Origin: a virus
Reading direction: 5' to 3' (one strand)
Virus record (IMG/VR): IMGVR_UViG_3300045988_016904
DNA: 38,264 nucleotides
Within the stretch, counting starts at the first letter, position 1, and the number at the start of each line of letters is the position of its first letter. Positions 25,231-32,054 of the stretch are shown here, in pieces. A program made the translations under genes and the position numbers. Under the pieces are notes generated by a model that worked only from the letters and a program-made list of their open reading frames with translations, did not search any database and was not told the DNA's origin.

Positions 25231-25776
25231 TTATTTAGAGTTTACGGCATCATATATCACTGTATCATTGAAAATCGTCAAAAGCGCATTTTCGGGGTTC
25301 AGATCATTTTTAATATTGAGCAAAATGGAGGCATCTTGAACGCCGATTGTTTTTGCCATCTCCAATGCGGCGGAAGATAGCCCGGTTATATTTTCTACGA
25401 GCGTATTCCAAGATTCGATGCACTCGCTGTTACCAGAAACGGCCTCTGATACGCCATATGCGATACCAGTTTGCCAAATATCTATAACAATTGTAGATCC
25501 ATCACACGTGACGCTCACATTTTCAAAGCTATCTTTCAGCGTGGATTCGATTAGTACAGCCGCGGTTTCGGCGGAGACTGAGAACTCACCGGCTGTGCTT
25601 TCTTCTTGTGTGCCATCTGTTTCCGTGGGCGCTTCTGCCTCCGCTTCGGTGGGTGCTTCCGTGGCTACCGTTGTAGGCGTAGCCTCCGTGGTTTCTGGCT
25701 GCGTCTCAGCCGTGGACGCGCTGCACCCGGACAGCACAAAGCAAAGGCAAAGCAGAAAAGCGATTACTTTTTTCAT
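25231..25776 (-). CDS. lipoprotein (signal peptide + lipobox LSGC), candidate superinfection-exclusion moron
   Basis: MKKVIAFLLCLCFVLSGC followed by a Thr/Glu/Ala-rich linker. Has its own promoter. Confidence 0.75.
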   Translation of the reverse strand: MKKVIAFLLCLCFVLSGCSASTAETQPETTEATPTTVATEAPTEAEAEAPTETDGTQEESTAGEFSVSAETAAVLIESTLKDSFENVSVTCDGSTIVIDIWQTGIAYGVSEAVSGNSECIESWNTLVENITGLSSAALEMAKTIGVQDASILLNIKNDLNPENALLTIFNDTVIYDAVNSK

Positions 25777-25811
25777 AGTGGATACCTCTTTCCATAAAAT
25801 TCTACGATAAA

Positions 25812-25840
25812 ATAATACCACGTTCGGAAAATAATTTCAA
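25812..25840 (-). promoter_or_regulatory. sigma70-type promoter of the lipoprotein gene (TTGAAA-17-TATTAT)
   Basis: On the - strand: -35 at 25835..25840 and -10 at 25812..25817. Confidence 0.6.
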
Positions 25841-25965
25841 CGAATAGAAAAATTTTTTGTGCAATTTTTTAATTAGTCCAGTTTATTGGACAGATAGTAT
25901 GTTATAACTAGCGCATAAGCCGAACAGGCGTTCGATAATGATAAAAAGTAAAGGAGAGAAACAAC

Positions 25966-26097
25966 ATGCGGGAGGAAGCTTTGAAGATGTTTGAACAGCT
26001 TAGTGAAGAGGACAAGGAAAAGATCATCGCTCTTGCATCTGCTCTTTTACAAGATCAGACAGAGTTTCATAAAGACGTGCCTGTCTCTCCGGTGTGA
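25966..26097 (+). CDS. 43-aa ORF convergent with the repressor gene, overlapping its 3' end
   Basis: AAAGGAG RBS 8 nt upstream. The LKMFEQLSEEDKEKIIALASALLQ motif parallels the repressor tail FMKMYDMLTPERQARLYETLSDLV. Confidence 0.4.
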   Translation: MREEALKMFEQLSEEDKEKIIALASALLQDQTEFHKDVPVSPV

Positions 26098-26371
26098 GCA
26101 TGTCATACATCTTCATGAAAACCTCGGTTCCCTTGCTGGGAGCCGGGGCTTTTTCTGTTTCCGGGGCTTCCTCGGAGAAGTAGGAGACGGGTACACCGAA
26201 GTAGTCGGCTAACTGTGCGACATAGGTGTCACTCGGCTTGCGACCGGCTTTCCAGTTGGACACTGTTTGCTTTGGAATGCCTGCCTCGATGCCAGCTCTG
26301 GACGGCTTCAATCCTTTCTCTTTGCAAAGGTTTACAAAATTATTGTAAAAATTCACATAGTCAATCTTCAT
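26024..26371 (-). CDS. XRE-family (CI-like) repressor
   Basis: HTH segment LKPSRAGIEAGIPKQTVSNWKAGRKPS. Internal ATG with a GGAGG RBS. Confidence 0.8.
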   Translation of the reverse strand: MKIDYVNFYNNFVNLCKEKGLKPSRAGIEAGIPKQTVSNWKAGRKPSDTYVAQLADYFGVPVSYFSEEAPETEKAPAPSKGTEVFMKMYDMLTPERQARLYETLSDLVKEQMQER

Positions 26372-26399
26372 TTTTTGTACAGTCCTCCAAACATTGACT

Positions 26400-26439
26400 T
26401 TTGAGACTTTTGGTGTTGACATTTGGGACTTATGGGACT
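26400..26439. repeat. operator-like 9-mers TTTGAGACT / TTTGGGACT / TATGGGACT
   Basis: Copies at 26400..26408, 26422..26430 and 26431..26439. The latter two fill the promoter spacer. Confidence 0.55.
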
Positions 26440-26444
26440 ATACT
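26416..26444 (+). promoter_or_regulatory. consensus rightward early promoter (TTGACA-17-TATACT)
   Basis: -35 at 26416..26421 and -10 at 26439..26444. Confidence 0.7.
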
Positions 26445-26559
26445 AACGTCATGAACACCGATTCCAAAAAGGGTGCAGAAAATCACGGGGTATGAAATCC
26501 GAGTTTTCGGGAATTCAAACTCCGGCGAGTAGCGGATGGTTTATTGTTTCGGCAAATTC

Positions 26560-26588
26560 AGTATACCATGCGCTACTCAGATTTTCAA
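26560..26588 (-). promoter_or_regulatory. leftward promoter facing the rightward promoter (TTGAAA-17-TATACT)
   Basis: On the - strand: -35 at 26583..26588 and -10 at 26560..26565. Confidence 0.6.
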
Positions 26589-26630
26589 GTCTTTTGTGGA
26601 AAAAATGTTCAAAGAAATTGGCTTCGGCGG

Positions 26631-26670
26631 AAAGAAAAATTCACCCGTGGTTTGGTCACGAGTGAATTTT
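26631..26670 (-). terminator. intrinsic terminator for leftward transcription
   Basis: AAAATTCAC/GTGAATTTT plus inner CGTG/CACG stem. Followed on the - strand by TCTTT. Confidence 0.6.
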
Positions 26671-26822
26671 CCCCAAATTTATTTGCCGAAATGCGCTGCG
26701 TTGGAAGCCCGTATTCCTAAACGGCGAGAAACCCTAGATTCCCGCTTTACTTTCAACAGCAGACCAAACCTGCGTCCTTGACGCACCGTTTCACTTTGGC
26801 AGTTTCGGTTCTGCCCCTCGCC

Positions 26823-26882
26823 CTAACGCATCACGCCACCTTCGTGGTTCGGTACTGGCGGTAACAAAAGTTTGTTGGACAT
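26823..26882 (-). CDS. 19-codon ORF MSNKLLLPPVPNHEGGVMR (leader-peptide-like)
   Basis: GGAGG sits 6 nt upstream of the ATG. The ORF is ~37 nt downstream of the predicted start site of the TTGACT-17-TATAAT promoter. Confidence 0.35.
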   Translation of the reverse strand: MSNKLLLPPVPNHEGGVMR

Positions 26883-26925
26883 AAAGTACCTCCTCACTCT
26901 TTATTTGCCGCAACGGGCTATGGGC

Positions 26926-26954
26926 ATTATAGCGAACCTTTCCGCCGCAGTCAA
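26926..26954 (-). promoter_or_regulatory. near-consensus leftward promoter (TTGACT-17-TATAAT)
   Basis: On the - strand: -35 at 26949..26954 and -10 at 26926..26931. Confidence 0.65.
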
Positions 26955-26995
26955 CCAAACAAACATTTTTTTACTTAAGGAGGAGGGACAAATGG

Positions 26996-27289
26996 ATGGC
27001 AAAACTGAAACTTCCGCAGTCTTACGGGGAGCGGGAGAAGCTGGCAAAGTATATCCGGCAGACGCTGAACACCTACAATCTTCGGAACAACTGGCTGATT
27101 CAGCAGCTTCGGAACGAGGGCTTCATCATCTCCGCGACATCCCTGTGCGACGCGCTGGCAGTTCGGTGCATGACACCGAAGACGGACGAGTTTCTGGCCA
27201 GAGCGGAGCAGATTTGCAAGCTGTACGAGCAGAGCTACTTCGGTCAAACGCGATCCGGGAGCTTGGAAAACGGGTCAGAGCGTTCATGA
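26996..27289 (+). CDS. first early gene, putative small regulator (possibly frameshifted)
   Basis: AAGGAGGAGG RBS. The protein-like signal leaves this frame near 27245 and continues in the -1 frame. Confidence 0.55.
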   Translation: MAKLKLPQSYGEREKLAKYIRQTLNTYNLRNNWLIQQLRNEGFIISATSLCDALAVRCMTPKTDEFLARAEQICKLYEQSYFGQTRSGSLENGSERS

Positions 27290-27354
27290 AAGAGCAGCCG
27301 GACATCTACGAGCGGATTTACCGCGAGACATACGGCAGAGCGCCGAACTTTTGA
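27214..27354 (+). CDS. overlapping ORF or frameshifted C-terminal part of the first early gene
   Basis: The frame reads ..NAIRELGKRVRAFMKEQPDIYERIYRETYGRAPNF. A TTG start with GGAG 5 nt upstream is possible. Confidence 0.3.
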   Translation: MQAVRAELLRSNAIRELGKRVRAFMKEQPDIYERIYRETYGRAPNF

Positions 27355-27366
27355 AAGGAGTTATTT

Positions 27367-27975
27367 ATGGCGAAATACAAAGTTGGGGATAAGGTGCGGA
27401 TTGTGAGCACGCCCCGGTTGGCGCACTGGAACGTCGTTATGAACAAGTGGCTGGGGGAGACCATGACGATCATAAAATCCGGAATCAACAATAGCGGAGT
27501 TTACTATTGCATGGAGGAGGATCGCAACGATTTTCTTGGGCATTGGTGCTGGTACGAAAACATGATTTCCGGCCTTGCCGAGCCTGGGCGGGAACCCTGC
27601 ACCGTGGAACTCCGCTTTGACGGGATGATTACCACGGCCACGCTGAAACGGGGCGGGCGGGACGTGAAGACCGCAGAAGCCCGGTGCAATCCGAAGGATA
27701 CCTACAGCAGATCGGAGGGCGCAAGGGTCGCCGTTGAGCGGCTGTTTGAGAAGAAGCGCAAGGAGGACAAGCCAAAGGAGAGCAAGCCGAAGATGGGGGA
27801 CAAGTTCGTTGTCACGGTAAAGGGCGGTAGGTTTGGCCACGGTTTCGATATCGGTGACATTGTTGTGCTGATAAATATCCAGCAGGACGGATGTTTCCGC
27901 TTGGTTGACAAGAGCGGCTTCATACAAATACTTCATCCGAGTGAGGTTCGCCCCTACAAGGAGAAATCCAAATGA
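27367..27975 (+). CDS. hypothetical protein
   Basis: 202 aa with AAGGAG RBS. Repeated KVGD/KMGD-type beta-rich segments. Confidence 0.6.
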   Translation: MAKYKVGDKVRIVSTPRLAHWNVVMNKWLGETMTIIKSGINNSGVYYCMEEDRNDFLGHWCWYENMISGLAEPGREPCTVELRFDGMITTATLKRGGRDVKTAEARCNPKDTYSRSEGARVAVERLFEKKRKEDKPKESKPKMGDKFVVTVKGGRFGHGFDIGDIVVLINIQQDGCFRLVDKSGFIQILHPSEVRPYKEKSK

Positions 27976-28148
27976 TGCCGAATGAGGTTGCCCAGCTTCG
28001 CACCATGGCGGAGATGAACCGCCGGTTGCGCCGGGAAAATGAGCATTTGCGGGAATCCCTTTTGATGGAATCGAAGGAAAGCAAGGCGTTTGACGATGAG
28101 AACGTGGAGCTTTTCGACGTAGTCCACAAAAACCACGACAGGAGGTGA
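27972..28148 (+). CDS. small coiled-coil hypothetical protein (58 aa)
   Basis: ATGA overlap with the upstream gene. Below the ORF-track cutoff. Confidence 0.4.
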   Translation: MMPNEVAQLRTMAEMNRRLRRENEHLRESLLMESKESKAFDDENVELFDVVHKNHDRR

Positions 28149-28153
28149 ACGAT

Positions 28154-28387
28154 ATGGCAAGCAGAAATAAGCCCGTGGATGCCCGGTGGGAGCCGGTGCC
28201 GGAGAACCGGAAGCCGTTCAATATCAGGGAATGCGTTTTCCGTGTTCTCCCCTATGCGGGGCTGAATCTGGTGCTTTTCTGGTGGCAACAGGCTGATTTG
28301 CTGGCAGACAAGGCGGCAGTCCCCGCAATGTGGGTGTGCGCTATCCTGATGGGCGCCGGTATCGGCCGGTGCATCAGAGGGCGATAA
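28154..28387 (+). CDS. small membrane protein
   Basis: GGAGG 8 nt upstream. Hydrophobic segments LNLVLFWW and AMWVCAILMGAGIG. Confidence 0.5.
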   Translation: MASRNKPVDARWEPVPENRKPFNIRECVFRVLPYAGLNLVLFWWQQADLLADKAAVPAMWVCAILMGAGIGRCIRGR

Positions 28388-28479
28388 AAAGCCGCCCCCG
28401 ATGTTACAGCACCGGGGACGGCAAGCGATATAAAGAATCTCTACCACTTACAGTATATCAAATTGAGAAAGGAAAGTCA

Positions 28480-28695
28480 ATGGACGTTTTTGATAGCATG
28501 GAGCCGTGGCGGCAGGCTGAACAGTTGGCGGCGGATGCCGACTTTCGGGAAGCGGCACTCCCGAAGTGTGCCAGGTGCGGATGTCCCATCACAGACAGCA
28601 AACTGGTATATATCCCGGCGCATGATGAGTTCTACTGCCTGGATTGCATCGATTCCATGACGGAATTTAACGAGGAAGCGGAGGTGGAGGAATGA
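28480..28695 (+). CDS. small zinc-ribbon-like protein
   Basis: CARCGC...CLDC motif. Uses an internal ATG with an RBS. Confidence 0.5.
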   Translation: MDVFDSMEPWRQAEQLAADADFREAALPKCARCGCPITDSKLVYIPAHDEFYCLDCIDSMTEFNEEAEVEE

Positions 28696-29630
28696 TACGG
28701 AAAATTCCAACCGAGGCCATGAGCAAAGAGGAATGGACAGCGCTACGCTCTACCACCATTGGTGGTTCGGATGCCGCCGCCATTCTGGGTCTGAATCCCT
28801 ACAAGTCACCGTATGCCCTGTGGGCGGAGAAAACAGGGAAGGTCATCCCGGAGGATATTTCCCAGAAAGAGGCGGTACGCCTCGGCACGGACTTGGAGGG
28901 ATACGTAGCAAAGCGGTTCACCGAAGCTACCGGGAAAAAGGTACGCCGGGAGAACTACACCGTATTCCGGGACGATATGCCCTACGCCCACGCCAACTAC
29001 GACCGGCTGGTCATCGGTGAACGGGCAGGATTAGAGATCAAGACCACGAACGCGCTCCACTTGAGCAAATTCAAGAACGGTGAGTTCCCGGCTACTTACT
29101 ACGCGCAATGCTGCCATTACTTGCTTGTGTCCGGCCTTGACCGCTGGTATCTGGCGGTTCTGGTTCTGGGCATTGACTTCAAAGTGTTCGTCATCGAGCG
29201 GGACGAAGCAGAGCTGGAAGCCCTGAAAGAGGCGGAGGAAAGCTTCTGGGAGAACGTTCAGAGCGAAACGCCCCCGGCCATTGACGGCATGGATTCCACC
29301 ATTGACGCCCTGAACGCAGAGTTCCCAGCCAGCGATCCGGACACCGAAATGGATTTGACCGGCTGCGCCGTCGACCTGGCGATCATGGACGAATGCAGCC
29401 AGCAGATCAAGGCGCTGGAAGAAAAGAAAGCAGCCGCTCAGGCGCGTATCATGGAGACCATGGGAACCGCCGAGCGGGGCGGATACGGGAGCTACAGCGT
29501 CACGTGGAAAACGCAGAAACGCTCCACGTTCGATAGAAAGAAGTGGGAGAAAGACCATGGAGAAATCTCACAGAACTATTTCAAATCTTCGGAAAGCAGA
29601 ACTTTCCGGTTCAAAAAGGAGAATATTTAA
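28692..29630 (+). CDS. YqaJ-like recombination exonuclease (PD-(D/E)xK)
   Basis: GGSDAAAILGLNPYKSPYALW motif and a D...EIKT motif. Paired with RecT. Confidence 0.85.
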   Translation: MIRKIPTEAMSKEEWTALRSTTIGGSDAAAILGLNPYKSPYALWAEKTGKVIPEDISQKEAVRLGTDLEGYVAKRFTEATGKKVRRENYTVFRDDMPYAHANYDRLVIGERAGLEIKTTNALHLSKFKNGEFPATYYAQCCHYLLVSGLDRWYLAVLVLGIDFKVFVIERDEAELEALKEAEESFWENVQSETPPAIDGMDSTIDALNAEFPASDPDTEMDLTGCAVDLAIMDECSQQIKALEEKKAAAQARIMETMGTAERGGYGSYSVTWKTQKRSTFDRKKWEKDHGEISQNYFKSSESRTFRFKKENI

Positions 29631-30442
29631 TGGCAAACGTGATTCAGAATGCCACCGCTTCTACTCAGGCGGTAGCGAAAAAGAAAAACCCCAGCAGCAT
29701 TCAGGACTACATTGAGGTTATGAAGCCCGCCATTCAGGCGGCACTGCCCAGCGTGATGACCCCGGAGCGGTTCAGCCGCATTACCCTGTCTGCACTGAGC
29801 GCCAACCCGAAGCTCAAGGAATGCACCCCTCAGTCTTTCCTTGGCGCTATGATGACCGCCGCCCAGTTGGGCTTGGAGCCGAATACCCCTCTTGGGCAGG
29901 CTTACCTGATTCCCTTCCGCAATCACGGCCAGATGGAGTGCCAATTCCAGCTTGGCTATAAGGGGCTTATTGATCTGGCCTACCGTTCCGGTGAGGTTTC
30001 CATCATTCAGGCGCACGCCGTATACGAAAACGACGAGTTTGAGTATGCCCTTGGCCTTGACCCGAAGCTGCGGCACGTCCCCGCCAAGAGCAACCGCGGC
30101 AAGCCCATTGCCTACTACGCCATGTTCAAGACCAAGGACGGAGGCTACGGATTTCAGGTTATGAGCATCGAGGAAGTTACCGAGCACGCGAGAAAGTTCT
30201 CTAAGAGCTTCGGGAATGGCCCATGGCAGACCAATTTTGACGAGATGGCAAAGAAAACCGTTCTGAAAAAGGTGCTGAAATACGCCCCGCTGAAATCCGA
30301 CTTTGTGCGCGGTATGGCTCAGGACGGCACCACAAAGACGGATATTTCCTCCGACATGACAGATATCCCGGACATGACTGAGTACATCGACGTTGACCAG
30401 GACACCGGCGAGGTGATTTCTCAGGAGGCCGCAAATGCTTAA
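29630..30442 (+). CDS. recT: RecT single-strand annealing protein
   Basis: LGLEPNTPLGQAYLIPF and QLGYKGLIDLA motifs. Confidence 0.85.
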   Translation: MANVIQNATASTQAVAKKKNPSSIQDYIEVMKPAIQAALPSVMTPERFSRITLSALSANPKLKECTPQSFLGAMMTAAQLGLEPNTPLGQAYLIPFRNHGQMECQFQLGYKGLIDLAYRSGEVSIIQAHAVYENDEFEYALGLDPKLRHVPAKSNRGKPIAYYAMFKTKDGGYGFQVMSIEEVTEHARKFSKSFGNGPWQTNFDEMAKKTVLKKVLKYAPLKSDFVRGMAQDGTTKTDISSDMTDIPDMTEYIDVDQDTGEVISQEAANA

Positions 30443-30878
30443 CCAAATCAGCGTGCAGGGAAGAATCGTCCGAGACCCGGAGCTTCGCCGCACTGCTTCC
30501 GGAAAGGCTGTGACTAGCTTCACGCTGGCCTGTGACCGGGATTTCAAGAATCAGCAGACCGGCGAGAAGGAAGTTGACTTTATTGAATGTGTCGCATGGG
30601 GCGGCACCGCCGAAATGGTGGAGAAGTACTTCCATAAAGGCCAGATGGCCGTAGCGACCGGCAGATTACAGTTGCGGGACTGGACGGACAAGAACGGCCA
30701 GAAGCGCCGTCAGGCGGAGATTCTTGTAAACAACATCTATTTCTGCGGCAGCAAGGAAAGCGGCACTCAGGCCAGCTCTGGGGCTGACAACGGATACAGC
30801 ACACCGGCGTATCAGGCTCCCGCCCCTGCGGCGAACTTCGCGGAGCTGGATGGAGAGGACGAACAATTGCCGTTCTAG
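30435..30878 (+). CDS. ssb: single-stranded DNA-binding protein
   Basis: OB-fold N-terminus (GRIVRDPELR) and acidic tip DEQLPF. Confidence 0.9.
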   Translation: MLNQISVQGRIVRDPELRRTASGKAVTSFTLACDRDFKNQQTGEKEVDFIECVAWGGTAEMVEKYFHKGQMAVATGRLQLRDWTDKNGQKRRQAEILVNNIYFCGSKESGTQASSGADNGYSTPAYQAPAPAANFAELDGEDEQLPF

Positions 30879-30978
30879 GCCGGAAAAAGCAATCTTTCCC
30901 TAAAAAGATTGACAGTATAGTTTGCATTTTCCCTTGGCGGTGGGAGGTTAAACCGCCAACTCCAAAAGGAGGAGAATC

Positions 30979-31365
30979 GTGGCAAAAGAAGTTTTCAGAA
31001 TCGCCTACCCGAAGACCGGCGCGGAAAAGAAGAAGTGGGCGAAGGAGTACGGCATGAATGCGTACTACGCCGGGAAGCACTGGGCATTGCGGAAGAAAGA
31101 CGCTGAGTTATGGCACTGGCTTACATTGGCGGCCATGAACGCCCAGGGCATTCGCAGAACACCCTTTAAACTGCCTGTAGCCGTGACGTTCTACTGGAAT
31201 GACCGGCTGGATATCGACAACCATGCAATCATGGGAAAGATGATCGTGGATGCCATGAAAGGCCGTGTCATCGAGGACGATAACCGGCGCTGGCTGAAAA
31301 GCGTTTCCCACAATTTCCACGACGAGGATTACATACAGGTTGAAATACGGGAGGTAAGGCCGTGA
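30979..31365 (+). CDS. rusA: RusA-like Holliday junction resolvase
   Basis: DIDNHAIMGKMIVDAMKGRVIEDD motif. GTG start after GGAGGAG. Confidence 0.7.
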   Translation: MAKEVFRIAYPKTGAEKKKWAKEYGMNAYYAGKHWALRKKDAELWHWLTLAAMNAQGIRRTPFKLPVAVTFYWNDRLDIDNHAIMGKMIVDAMKGRVIEDDNRRWLKSVSHNFHDEDYIQVEIREVRP

Positions 31366-32054
31366 CACAGTGTGAGATGGAAGACGAAGCAAGAAGCCAA
31401 TTCACTTTTTACCGCTCATTTTTTGAAGCGGTTTTCAAGATAAAAAACAAGGCCGCAAGGGCAGAAGCCTATGACGCTATTTGCAAATACGCTCTGTTTA
31501 ACGATGCCCCGGACGTAGACAAAATGTCTGACGCCGCCGCCATTGCCTTTATGCTTATCAAGCCGAATCTGGACGCAAGCAGACGGAAAGCAAAGTCTGG
31601 GAAAAACGGCGGAACCAGTAAGCAAACCGCAAGTAAAGAGGAAGCAAACGGTAAGCAAAACGGAAGCAAACAAGAAGCAAACTGCAAGCAAGAAGAAGGC
31701 GAAAGCGAGAAAGAGAAGGAGAAAGAGAGAGAGAAAGAGAACGAATGTTATCCCCCTAACCCCCTTGCAGGGGGAAGCGAAAAGAAAAAGCGATTCACCC
31801 CGCCTACGGTGGAGCAGGTGTCGGAGTATTGCCAGGAAAAGGGGTACCGCATTGACCCGGAAGCCTTTGTAGCGTTCTATGCGTCGAAAGGCTGGATGGT
31901 TGGCAAAAGCCCCATGAAGGACTGGAAGTCCGCCGTTGTCACCTGGACGAAGAGCGAAAGGCAGAGAATAGGCAACGCAAATACCCGCAGCGGCTATACC
32001 AGCGGCGTTGACCGTTTGGCAGAAATGTACAGGGAGGAATTTGGGAATGGATAA
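31362..32054 (+). CDS. replisome organiser-like protein with internal low-complexity (iteron-bearing) region
   Basis: N-terminal FTFYRSFFEA-type domain. C-terminal FTPPTVEQVSEYCQEKGYRIDPEAFVAFYASKGWMVGKSPMKDWK module, common in phage replication proteins. Confidence 0.55.
   Translation: MTQCEMEDEARSQFTFYRSFFEAVFKIKNKAARAEAYDAICKYALFNDAPDVDKMSDAAAIAFMLIKPNLDASRRKAKSGKNGGTSKQTASKEEANGKQNGSKQEANCKQEEGESEKEKEKEREKENECYPPNPLAGGSEKKKRFTPPTVEQVSEYCQEKGYRIDPEAFVAFYASKGWMVGKSPMKDWKSAVVTWTKSERQRIGNANTRSGYTSGVDRLAEMYREEFGNG
31620..31692. repeat. iteron-like AAGCAAAC repeats with 11-bp phasing (putative origin)
   Basis: Copies start at 31620, 31642, 31653, 31664, 31675 and 31686. A GA-rich tract follows, to about 31745. 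Confidence 0.6.

Noticed and set aside
26536-26781. 81-aa + strand ORF in the switch region.
   Set aside because: It has no RBS, odd composition, and spans a promoter and a terminator hairpin. The region is better explained by regulatory elements. A decayed gene cannot be fully excluded.
26872-27213. N-terminal two-thirds of the 160-aa ORF 26872..27354.
   Set aside because: The composition is junk-like (Arg/Gly/Ala/Ser-rich). It overlaps the better ORF 26996..27289 in another frame. Only its last ~36 codons look genuine.
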